The notes under the pieces were generated by a model. It made no database searches. It worked only from the letters and a program-made list of their open reading frames with translations, and was not told where the DNA came from. DNA of 64,000 nt from the human T2T-CHM13v2.0 reference genome, Homo sapiens. Both the position numbers and the translations under genes were made by a program. Positions 28,545 through 39,642 of this stretch are shown piece after piece (position 1 is the first letter of the stretch; every line of letters begins with the position of its first letter). Location of the stretch: assembly GCF_009914755.1 (NCBI RefSeq), contig NC_060928.1; one strand, written 5' to 3'.

Positions 28545-28730
28545 CTGCTGCTATAAACCTGGCTCTCCTGCCTGGCCCCAGAGGAGGCACGGAAGGGCGG
28601 CCCCACCTCCTGGCCACTCCCACAGCCTGACTCACACCCTGTGCCCGGGGATTCCTGGCCTCTTCGCCTTTGCTCTTGGAGTGCCTGGAACACTATCCCT
28701 CCCCTCTTTTCCCCTGGATAAGATAAACTC
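28545..28730 (-). promoter_or_regulatory. PSAPL1 proximal promoter
   Basis: TATA-like TTTATAG (28551-28557, ~50 nt before the ATG), GGGCGG (28595-28600), AP-1 TGACTCA (28628-28634) overlapping KLF-type CACACCC (28633-28639), and tandem GATAA-GATAA (28717-28726). Confidence 0.7.
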
Positions 28731-30224
28731 TTAGCAGTTTTCTGAGCCTAGCTGATACGTGAATGAAGCTCGGCTCCTAGGAAGCCCTCCTGGCCCCTGG
28801 GCTGTGTCCCCCACCCTCCCCCTGCTGCAGTAGTTCCTGGGGTTCCCTTCCCTGCAGCTCACTGTCCTCTCCTGACTTGTGTGGCCTGGGTCCCCTCCTG
28901 GAATGTGAGCCCCCCTCACACCCCGAGGAGTCTCTGCCCCCATTCTGGGAGGTACGGAAAGGCACCCTCTGCCTTATTTGCTGAAGATCGAGTGTTCCCA
29001 ATGACTGGCCACCCCCTGGATGCCACTGTTTTCTAACGTGGCCTCAGGGCCACGTGCCCAGCTGGGGTTCTGCCCCTGGCTGTGCTGTTTGGGGAGTTAG
29101 TCTCTTTGAGCTTCAGGTCTTAAACTGTGAAGTGGGAGAGCTGTGGACCTCACTGCCACACCGCAAAAGCCACTTGCAAACTCAGGTCCTCGAGCCCAGC
29201 CGGTCTCTTCATTCTAGAAATGTCAATCAAAGGCTGAGTGTGGGCTGGTCTGTAGTAGGCGTAGATTAAATGTTTGTTGAAGGTACACACACACAAAAGA
29301 GGTTTGTTTCGTTTCTGTGTCATCTGTTATCTTATCTTTTTCTTCTTCCTTAGTTTTTAAAATAGTTCTTAGGCAAGAGAGTCAGCTGGGTGAGCACGCA
29401 CAGGCGCCTTGCGTCGGGTCCTGTTCATTAAATGGAGAAATCTGGAGTCAGCCTCACCTCTGGCCTAATTGCCAAACAGCCATGGAGTGGGCAGGCCAGA
29501 GGTTTGATGGCAGGGGGCTCCCCTAGCCCCACATGTGGGTGTCCTCAGCTCAGCTTCCTGGGCTTGGGTGCTCTGTAGGAACACACTTCCCAGTTATGTG
29601 GGTCGGGCAGCCTGGCCTGAAATTGCAACAGCCACACATGAGGAATGCAATAGTGCAGGGTGCTTCCCGCCAGCCCTCCTGCTGGGTACAGGGGTCAGGA
29701 AGAGAAGACGGAAAATAGGATTTGCTGAGTTCTTGCAGTGACTTCCAAGGACTCTGGTTGCTGGGGACCAGTGGAGGGGACAGTCTTAGGGAACAGGTGA
29801 GCCTGGGTGTGCTCAGCTGCAGGATGGCAGCTGGCCAGCACCTCCAGGTCATACCCCAGGTGGGGCTGGAGACGTGGGTGTCCTTACCTGGACTTGGCTC
29901 AGCCAAGCACGTGTTGATACATTTCTATGGGCTTATGATGGGCCTGCCATTCATTCAGTCCATCGCCTGACATTCCCAGGGCACCCACTCGCATCCCACC
30001 AGGACTTTGGGCACCAGGCTGAAGCAAACAGAAGGGCCTGCCCCTTGGCGTGAACGCAGCTGTGTGCCAGACTTCCTGCGAGTCTCTTGAGACCCCACCC
30101 CCACGGCGCTGCCTTGGTCTCTTGCACTGAGGGGGTGCGACCCAGGAGGCCAGAATGTCCTCCTCATCCTGACATCCCTTGAGCCTGGCACAACATCCCG
30201 ATAATGAAGGACTTCTTGGCTCGG

Positions 30225-30612
30225 CATTGTCTTTGTATGATTGACCCACGCTGCTGTGTTTAGCTGTAGAGCCGACATTGTCGTTTCTGGGTAGAATTCC
30301 ACTGGGCAGGTGGAATGCCCCACTGGGCCCTGGGTGTGTATTAATTAGGTCAGTGCACCATGGTGGATTTGTCTACTCGACCCTTGATGGGCCTTTGGAA
30401 CAATTCCACTTGGGAGCCAGTAGAAGTAACGCTGCCCCGAACACTTCTGTGTATGTCTTGGATGCACACGTGTCTTCCCTTCTCTGCTGGGTCTTATGGA
30501 GGAGCGGCACGGATTGGGCATGCGTCGTGTGTGTTGAGCAGGTACTGCTGGATCGCTTTCCAAAGTGGTTGTGCCCGTTCCCACTCCCCTCAGCAGCATT
30601 TGAGGAATTCTG
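30225..30612 (-). mobile_element. Ancient L1M (L1ME-like) 3' fragment
   Basis: gatgggcctttggaacaattccacttggg...gctgccccgaacacttctgtgtatgtcttgg...ttccaaagtggttgtgccc. Confidence 0.55.
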
Positions 30613-30624
30613 ATTGCTCCATGT

Positions 30625-31345
30625 CTGTTTTGTTTCGGGGACTGGGGTGTTTTCCAACACCAACGACCGATTCTTACAGACGCCAACTGGGAGCCCTGTA
30701 ATTCCTTTCAGTTCTGACACCAACTACCTGGAGTTAGCACAGACCCCACACGTTAAGGGCTCAGCCCCCACTGTAGATGCTAATAATCACAGGTCCGAGG
30801 TTGGCACCTGTACTTCTGACGAAGTGGCTATAAACCAGGGTCCTGAGACCCCCTCCTCGGGTTTGATAATTCTCTAGGGTGGCTCATAGGACTCAGGAGA
30901 CCGTTTGCTTACATTTCTTATTTATCATGAAAGATATGACTCAGGAGGCTGTGTACAAGGCAAGGACTAGGGGCCGGGGTGCAGGGCTTCCACACCCTCT
31001 GGGTGTGCCACCCTCCTCACGCCCCCATGTGTTCACCAACCCAGAAGCTCATCAAACCTCATTGTCCAAGAGTTTTTCCAGAGTTTAATCTCCAGCAGCC
31101 CCCACCCCTTCCCAGAGGCCAGGGGGTGGGGCTGGAAGTTCCAGTCCTCGAATGGCTTGGTCTTTCTGGTGACCAGCCCCATCAGAGGCCATCTAGGGAC
31201 CCCACTGTAGGTCACCTCATTAGCATAAACTCAGGTGTGGTCAGAGGGGGTCATTATGAATAACGAAATACACTTCTGTCACTCAGCAAATTCCAAGGGT
31301 TGGAGCTCTGTGCCAGAAAGTGGGGACAAAACCAAACACTTTTTT
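30625..31345 (-). mobile_element. MER21-family LTR
   Basis: ttctgacaccaactacctggagttagcacagaccccaca; ttcaccaacccagaagctcatcaaacc; cacctcattagcataaactcaggtgtgg; aaattccaaggg...ggggacaaaaccaaa. Confidence 0.78.
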
Positions 31346-31431
31346 TTTTATCCCATGGCGGGGATGATGTTGGATTACTTAAAGGATGGCTGCAAGAAGG
31401 GTACAAGGCACTCCCGAGTACCTTTGCCCAG

Positions 31432-31550
31432 ACACACCTGCCCCACTTGTTTCGAGGTTCTCACTGCCCCTCCCTCCTTTCCTCTCACCTGTCTGTCCAC
31501 CTACCTAGCCACCTACCTGTCTGTCCACACACATGTATATATTTGCACAT
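31432..31550 (+). repeat. Dispersed direct repeat, copy 1 (~119 bp)
   Basis: Matches 32380-32494 with ~7 substitutions and one 4-bp indel. Confidence 0.93.
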
Positions 31551-32379
31551 AATTTTTTTATAACCTTCGAGCGTAGGTGGAGACATTGTATCTCTTTACC
31601 CCAGTTACTTTGGTGCCTATTTCCTAAGGACCAGGACATTCTCTCATAACCACGGTGCATTTATGAAAATAAAGAACTGTAGTGTGGATACAATACTAGA
31701 ATTTAACCCACAGCCCAGTTCAGCTTTACCAGCAGCCCCAGTGCTGCCCCATGTGGCATTGATTTCCCAGGTCCAGCCCCAGTCCAGGCTCACACGATGC
31801 AATTCCTGGTCATGGTGCCTCAGAGGCCTTCCATCGGGAGCTGATGGCAGCTTTGTGTTTTCTTTTGTAGCACTGGGGAACCAGCTGGTTATTTTGTAGA
31901 ATGTCCCTCTGTGCAGGTCTGACTGGGCTTTCCTCTTGACCAGACCCAGGTCATGCATCGTGTGGGGGGCCATTGTTGATTTATCAGCATGTGTGATCTT
32001 TGATCACTTGGAGAAGATCTACCAGCTTCCTTCTCTGTAAAGTTATTTCCCACTTGTAATTAATAAGCAACATTTAGAAAGGTATTCTGAAAATATGTAA
32101 CTATCTTGTTCCTCATCAAATGTTTATGCATTTATTTGCGCACCTGCCCATCATTTTCTAGCTCTGTCTTCCTTCTCTATTGATTAGTTTGTATTCTTCT
32201 GTGAATAAAAAAGCTTTATCTCCCCTTCCTCTCTCCTTCCTTCTGTTCCCTTTCTCCTCTCTCCCTCCCTGCCTCTCTTTTTCCTTCCTTCCTCTTTCCT
32301 TTTTTCTTTTTTAAAAGACTCAGAATTATTTTTTACTTATGTTTTTTTAAAAAAAGTTTATTTAATAGACTATAATCCA

Positions 32380-32494
32380 ACACACCTGTCCCACTTGCTT
32401 CGAGGTTCTCACTACCCCTCCCTCCTTTCCTCTCACCTGTCCACCTACCTAGTCACCTACCCATCTGTCCCCACACATGTATATATTTGCACAT
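32380..32494 (+). repeat. Dispersed direct repeat, copy 2 (~115 bp)
   Basis: acacacctgtcccacttgcttcgaggttctcact...acatgtatatatttgcacat matches 31432-31550. Confidence 0.93.
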
Positions 32495-35221
32495 GCTTTT
32501 TTCATATCATTCATTGTTTTTGATGCCTAAATTGTCCCAGATGTGATCTGTGGGAGTCCCCTCAGGCATCCTTCTTTGGCACTTCTGTACTTTCCAGCAC
32601 AGGGCATGTTCCAGGCTCATCTTTTTTATTCCTTGAGCCAGCCCTGGAATCAGCCTGTTCTCCAGGGAACATGGTGTTTAGAAACCAAGATCTGGATATG
32701 AAATGTGCTCATTGCTCCTGTGCTGTCGTGCCTTTTAGGCCCTCTGAGTGAAAACCTTACCTCTTCCTGACATGGGGTGAAAGAGGAAGGAAGGAAGGAA
32801 GGAGTTTGTATATATATATATACAAACACACACGTGTGTATATGTAACATATTCATCCATCCATCTTCACAAGACTACGAGTTCATACTGATACTTCCAA
32901 CACTCAGTGCAGTGTAACTCCCCTGCCCAACAGTGAGAGGCTTGGCTCCCATGATTTTTAACCTATTTACCCCTTACTGAACCCTAGAATATACCCAAGA
33001 CATTTTAGAAACACCAATCCATAGCACTGTGAAATGCAAACCCTGCTAACTAGAGCTCTCTCTTGCTACACATTTCTTTTTATTCTGCTGAGATAAATTT
33101 CACCTACAGCTAAACACACACATCTTCACACACCTGCAGAACGCACACCCTAGTCAAGGGGCAGAATGGTCCTGAGTGCTCCTTCCCAGTTACTTGTCAA
33201 TGAGAGCAAACACTTTTCTCCCACAGATTAATTTTGCCTGTTCTTGAACCTCGCATTGGTGGAGTTGAACAGGAGGGAAAGGATGTCCTCCGTCCCTGCC
33301 TCTTTCGCTTGATGTTATGAGATCCAGGCATGTTGTTCCCACAACTGTAGGCTGTTTCTTCACCTTGCTGGGCAGTGCTTCATTGTGTGGCTTTCTCACA
33401 CTCTATTTATCCACCATGAGCTGGCATGGGGTGGTTTCCAGTTTGGGGTTATTCAAACATGGCTGCTCCAAACATCTTGGTGACGTCAGATGGTGTGCAG
33501 AATGTTTCTGTAGGGTGTGCACCTGTGGGGGCAGGTGGGTATGTGCTGAGCAGATTCCCCAGGACTTCTCCGAAGTGACCACAGCAGCTGCTGTCAACCA
33601 CCCATGTTGCTGGTGCTGATTGCTGCCTGTGGCTCTGATTTCACCCCTTCAGAAAATGCAGAGAATGGTATCACAGACATTCATCCTCCACCCACACTTT
33701 AACAAATGCTACCATTGGCTGTATTTATTTTTTTATTGTAAACCCCATTTGTTTCAAAAAGCTACATGCAAGGTATTCACATTTTCTCCCCAAGTAAAGA
33801 CGAGCCTGGCCACAATGGAATTAGGGAGCGGGGGAGGAGGCTGCGTTGCAGGTAGGACCCTGACCTGGAGTCTGGGACCGGGGAGGAGGGAACAAAGAGG
33901 GGAGCTCTCTCCCCAAATAATTGTTCTGGGGGGACAGAGTCTGCCTGCGGCTTGCTTCAAGGACAGCCATCTTTCAGAGAGTGTAAGGGAGGGTTTGATG
34001 CTGACCAAGGGAGAGCACGAATAGGAACAACATGCTTACCTCCAATTTCTGAGGCTTTGGCCCTTTCACCCCCATTTCACCATTGGCCCTTGTGGCCCTG
34101 CCATGCAGAAGGGAAGGGGTTACCTTGTGTACACAGTGCCACACGCTACCGTTCCTCTCTCTGAATGAGGAGGGGCAGGGTAACAGAGTTGCCTCCTTCT
34201 CCTGAAGCCCAGTGGGGCTTGCCCAGCCTGCTCTGGAACTTGGGGGCCTAGACAGCACCATCTTACCTGTCTCCCATCCCCTCTGCCTGGTCACCAACTG
34301 CTGCCACTTGCTCCCTGCCCACCCTCATGCTGCCTCTCCTCCCCTCTGCCCTTCCCAAGTCTCCTGGGGGACCCTCCTGTCCCTCTCTGGGGCCCAGCTT
34401 CATTGCCCGGCCACATGGGGCCTCGAGGGTGGGCATCACGGGTCACTCATTTCACGATCATTTTCCAAGCCCTGCTGGGAGCTGCGGGGTGAGGGCTGCT
34501 GGGTACTAGGGGCTCAATGGGGATGAAGACGGATGAGGAGTGGCTCTTTGCGGTGGAGAGACAGACCATGAATGAGTGAGCACTCAAATGGCAGGCAGAA
34601 GGGAGTTTCGTGGGGTGAGACCGTGGGGGAAGGTGGAGATTTGGGGAGAGGTGGTGCTGTCGGTCCCTGGGAAGCAGGTGTGAGCTCAGCACTGGGATGA
34701 AGTGGGTACCCAGGGGATAGCACCCCAAGAGGGGGACTCGGCAAGGGCGAAGGCCCCAGTGTGGGCACGAGCTGCCAACTGAGTAGCAGGGAGGGTCAGA
34801 GGGCAGGTGAAGAGTGAGGCTAGAAGGAGTTGTTGGCTGCTTCTGGGAAGGTGGAGGTGGCATTTCCCAAATACTGCCTTTGCAAAAGCTGGAAAGAGCC
34901 GCACCCCAGGTGAGGGGCAGCCTGAGGCCAGGGTCGGGGCTGCTTCCAGGTGAGCAGCAGTTGTGGGAAAGGCACTGCATACAGAGGCCTGCTTCTGCCT
35001 GGCAGAGCCGGGCAGTGAGTGGGGACAGCCTGATGAGCTGGGTGAGGGTGGCTGGAGGCTGAGTGGGATGCCCTGACTCATACCTGAGCTGAGTGTGGGT
35101 GCCGAGGGCTGGGCAGGGTGCAGGGGAGGCGCAGGCCGGCAGGAGAGGGAAGCGCCCTTGCCATAACCCCTTTCCACTCAGAGATTTGAGAAGCCAAGGA
35201 AGGGTAGAGCCTGGGAGCTAC

Positions 35222-36182
35222 CCAGCCCAGATCATCATCCACCCCTTCCTCCAGCCCAGATCACCATCTACCCCCTCCCCTAGCCCAGATCACCCTCCAC
35301 CTCCTGCCCCAGCCCAGGTTGTCATCCACCTCCTCCCCTAACCCAGATTACCCTCCACCCCCTCCCCCAGCCCAGATCACCCTCCACCCCCTCCCCCAGC
35401 CCAGATCACCCTCCACCCCCTCCCCCAGCCCAGGTCGTCATCCACCTCCTCTCACAGCCCAGGTCACCATCCACCCCCTCCCCCAGCCCAGATCACCCTC
35501 CATCCCCTCCCCCAGCCCAGATCACCCTCCACCCCCTCCTTCAGCCCAGATCACCCTCCACCCCCTCCCCCAGCCCAGATCACCCTCCACCCCCTCCCCC
35601 AGCCCAGGTCGTCATCCACCTCCTCTCACAGCCCAGGTCACCATCCACCCCCTCCCCCAGCCCAGATCACCCTCCACCCCCTCCTTCAGCCCAGATCACC
35701 CTCCACCCCCTCCCCCAGCCCAGATCACCCTCCACCCCCTCCCTGAGCCCAGATCACCCTCCACCCCCTCCCCCATCCCAGATCACCCTCTACCCCCTCT
35801 CCCAGCCCAGGTCGTCATCCACCTCCTCTCACAGCCCAGGTCACCATCCACCCCCTCCCCGAGCCCAGATCACCCTCCACCCCCTCCCTCAGCCCAGATC
35901 ACCCTCCATCCCCTCCCCCAGCCCAGATCACCCTCCACCCCCTCCCCCAGCCCAGATCACCCTCCACCCCCTCCCCCAGCCCAGATCACCCTCCACCCCC
36001 TCCCCCAGCCCAGATCACCCTCCACCCCCTCCCCCAGCCCAGATCACCCTCCACCCCCTCCCCCAGCCCAGATCACCCTCCACCCCCTCTCCCAGCCCAG
36101 GTCGTCATCCACCTCCTGTCACAGCCCAGGTCACCATCCACCCCCTCCCCCAGCCCAGATGACCCTCCACCCCCTCCCCCAG
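35222..36182. repeat. 29-bp C-rich minisatellite, ~33 copies
   Basis: Unit CCCAGATCACCCTCCACCCCCTCCCCCAG with recurring variant CCCAGGTCGTCATCCACCTCCTCTCACAG. Confidence 0.97.
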
Positions 36183-36319
36183 CTCTGCCCTGCCGCAGAG
36201 GTCAGCTCTGAGGCTGTGGTTTCTGCCCTGTTTCATGATATCAACAAAGCGGAGAGCAGCACCCCCAGCCCAGCCCCAGCACGTGGGCTTTCGCAGGTGC
36301 CCTGGAACTCATGTGAACA

Positions 36320-36768
36320 GTATGGAGGTTCCTCAGGCTGACAAAACAGTGTACCACAGACGGGGTGGCCGAAAACAACCGGAACTCCTTTTGCAGTTCT
36401 GGGGGTCTGACGTCCAAAATCAGAGTGTTGGCGGGGCCGTGCTCCCTCCGAAGGCTGCGGGGAGGCTCCTTCCTGCTTCCTCCCAGGTTCTGGTGGGGGC
36501 CAGCAATCTTCCCCGGGCCGGGGTTTGCAGCCGCCTTGCTCTAGCCTCTGCCTCTGTTGTGGCTTTCTTCTCTGTGTCCAAATTTCCTTCTTCCTATGAG
36601 AATACCAGTCATTGGATTTAGGGCCCATCTGAATTGAATATGACCTCATCTCAACTAATTACATCTGTAAAAACCCTAGCTCCAAATTATGTCAGATCAC
36701 AGGTACCAGGGTTAGGACTTGAACATATCTTTTTTTGGGAGGAAGGGGGCACAGTTCCACCCTCCACT
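36320..36768 (-). mobile_element. MaLR LTR (MLT1B/C-like)
   Basis: gtaccacagacggggtggccgaaaacaac...cagttctggggg..tccaaaatcagagtgttggcggggccgtgctccctccgaaggct...ccagtcattggatttagggccca...ttaggacttgaacatatcttttttggg. Confidence 0.85.
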
Positions 36769-37669
36769 GATGGATTCTGGGCGCTGGTGACCTTGACCTT
36801 AAACTCAACTGTGGTTCAGATCCAGCCTTGGCCCTAAGAAGTCTGGAAGGGGAGGCCACCTGTGGTGCACAGCATCTTAGGGCGGGCACCCGGGTGTTTG
36901 TGGAGCACCTAGGACTCACCAGTCTCTGGCTGCTGCCTCTAAAGCCCTTCTGAGCGCACAGCCGCGAATGGAGCCTCAACCCCCTGAGATCACACAGGCC
37001 TGAGACGCAGGGAGTTTTGGGAGCCAGAACCCTGGTTCCTTAGTCCCTACAACCTGAAACCTTGAGAGACGCTGAAACTTCCAGCCACAGTGGCCCCAAC
37101 TCCAGACATTTAGAAGCCGTGTCCTAAGGCTTAGCCTTATCATAAGGTGCAGAGACCCAGGGTCCACGGCATAAGGACCGGAGACCACAGAAACTTAGGT
37201 GTTGAGACTCAGGACTTTGGGGCCTTGAGGCCACACCTCCAGAGTCAGAAACCTTCTTTCCGAGGCCTCAGCACCTTGGCGTTAGAGGGAAAAGTACAGA
37301 ATGCTGAACTGGCCAAGCATCTCCCATGTGGCCTGGCCTCCTCGTTCCTGAGTCTGTGGCTCCTCCCACGGCATCAGAAGGCCCATAGGTGGTTTCCAAC
37401 AGGGGTCCTCCCCAATGTGGGCATGCCAGCCTCCACCTCCCTGGCCTGGCTGCCGCTGCTGGCCGATCTTAACACAATGGGCCCCACATGTCCACCTGAC
37501 CCCAAAAGCTCCTTGAGCGAGTTGGGAGTGCCTCACCCACAGGTAAAGGGGCTGTCTTATCCCCACAGGTGAAGGTTGAGGGCTGGTGAAATAGGCAGAA
37601 TCTCTCCTTCCCTGTTAGAAGAGGGGAAATAGGCAGATCCTAAAAGCAAACACTTGTACCATGTTTATT

Positions 37670-38500
37670 TGGCTTTATTTTCATACGCGTATTCAGCAAT
37701 TATTTACTAAGAGCCTACTATGTGCTGAGTGCTATTCTAGGTCCTGGGAATATTTGAGTTAACAAAACAGACAGAAACCCTGTACTCTTGGAACTTATAT
37801 TCTAGCGGAGGAAGCAGAAATTAAACAACACATAATAAGTGTTACAATATGGAGGAAAGTGATGAGTGAGGTGGAGAGGTGGAGACATTGTATAGGTTGT
37901 AAGGGGCCTGGGGACAGGAGCATGTGTGTTCAGGGGAGGCCTCTGTGATTCAACAAAACATTTGAGTGTAAACTTGGAGGAGTTGAGAGAGGTCAGTGTC
38001 TGAGTGTGCACCAAGCAGCAAGGCCAGCCTGTGCAAAGGTCCTGTGGCAGCTGGGTGCAGGAAGAACAGGGGCCAGGAGACTTGAGCGGAGTGATGGGGG
38101 CAGGAGCAGAAGGCGCCACGGTCAGAGGGATCATGTAGGTGGACTCTGCTTCTTCCTCTGAGGGTAGTGGGGAGCCATAGCAGGGTTTTGAGCAGAGGGC
38201 TGACATGATCCCATGGTGCTTCTAAAAGGATGGATCTGGGGCCAGGGTGGAAGCAGGGAGCATGCCGAGGAGGAGTCAGAGGCGACTGTGGTGGTCTAGA
38301 GGAGAAGCCACAGGGCCTCAGGTGGCGACCGTAGGTGACAGGCTGCAGATTCAGCATCTGCTTGAAGTTAGAGCCAATAAACAGGATTTGTAGTTGGTTT
38401 GAATGTGGCATGTGCGAGAAAGAGAAGAGTCAGGAACACACCGAACGTTTGGCCTGGGCCACTTGGACGATGAACCGGAGGAGGCGACCCAGGCAGGCAG
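37670..38500 (-). mobile_element. L2 (L2a-like) 3' portion
   Basis: attcagcaattatttactaagagcctactatgtgctgagtgctattctagg...aacaaaacagacagaaaccctg...gggagccatagcagggttttgagcagaggg. Confidence 0.8.
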
Positions 38501-39522
38501 ACCTGTTGGGCTGTGGTTGCAACACCCAGGTGGCCTGATCCAGGGCGGGGAGCAGAGGGAGGGCGGGGAGGGATATAGGACTGGACCATTGCTGCGGGTG
38601 GCAAGAGGGAGGGATTGGGGGAGGCCCAGACTTGCAAGATGGGCTGGCTGTCTCTTCTCCCAGGAGGTCAGGACTGGGTTGTGGGAGGCAGATGGAGACC
38701 TCAGGGCCAACCTGGTGAGGGTGAGAGTCTCTGGGACATGCCTGCAGAGGCACCCTTGCAACAGATACTTGGGACTTGGCAGTAAGGGCCAGACCTGAGG
38801 AGCAAGTACAGAAGTCACAGGCTCTGGCTGGTGTTTGAGGTTCTGAGGTTGGGGACATCCAGAGGGAAAGCCGGGGGAGAGGAGCCAGGGTTGATGGGGG
38901 AGAGCCGGGTCTGGAGGGGGCTGCTGGATTCACAGCCCAAGATGTGGGAGGGCATCCTGGGAAGAGCATGAGGCCTCCTGGAGGGAGGAATTTGGGTGAT
39001 TTTGAATCACAGCTGCCCTCCATGAGTGGAAGAAGGCATGGGGCGCAGCAGCAGGTCCTGTGGATGGAGCAGGGCCGAGGGGAAGCACCAGGGCTGGACT
39101 CCTTGGCTTCTGTTCAGGAGCTGGGCGCTGAAGGCAGAACAGGGCGGGATGGAGGCCAGGATAGGGGCTGCAGGGAGGCCAGAGGAGGAGGCAAGGGCCT
39201 AAACGCTTCTCTAAGTGGCATTGCTCAGGATGTTGTGGCCCTGGGCCAGTCACTCACCTGTCAGGCTGCCCTTTTGTCAGGGTTGAGGCAGACCCAACCC
39301 TCCTGGGTTGCTGGGGGCTGGATACATCGGGAAGTACAGGACTCCAGAGAGTCCCAGGGATGGCCAGCTGCTTTTCCTGGTCAGAGCTGTCATCCCTGGG
39401 GCCACAGGCAGCATCCCCACTGGCCTTGAGAGTAGAGGGATGGGGGACAGGTGCTCACCTGCCCAGGCCCACCCCTCACACGTGCACAGTTCCTCAGGCC
39501 AGAGCCAAATGCCTCGAAGCTG

Positions 39523-39642
39523 CTTTCTTTCCTTTGTCTTTTCTTTTTTTTTCCTTCCTTCTCTCCCTCTTTCATTCCTTTCCTTTCATTTCTTCCCCCT
39601 TCCTTCCTTCCTCCCTGTCTTCTCTTCTTTTCCCTTCCCTTT
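39523..39642. repeat. (TTCC)/CT-rich low complexity
   Basis: Near-pure pyrimidine tract. Confidence 0.85.

Larger units (their letters stand above)
31375..33600 (-). mobile_element. Ancient L1MC/L1ME 3'-end fragments with embedded low-complexity tracts
   Basis: tttcctaaggaccaggacattctctcataaccacggtgc; cagccctggaatcagcctgttctccagggaac..ttagaaaccaagatctgg; cgagttcatactgatacttccaa. Confidence 0.7.

Noticed and set aside
28504-28635. 44-aa N-terminal extension of PSAPL1 (565-aa ORF in the track)
   Set aside because: It starts at GTG, runs through the TATA/promoter motifs and would bury the signal peptide; the ATG at 28503 is the credible start.
35319-36341. 340-aa extensin-like Pro-rich ORF
   Set aside because: Translation of the stop-free 29-bp VNTR (29-aa period equals three units); no ATG start or gene context.
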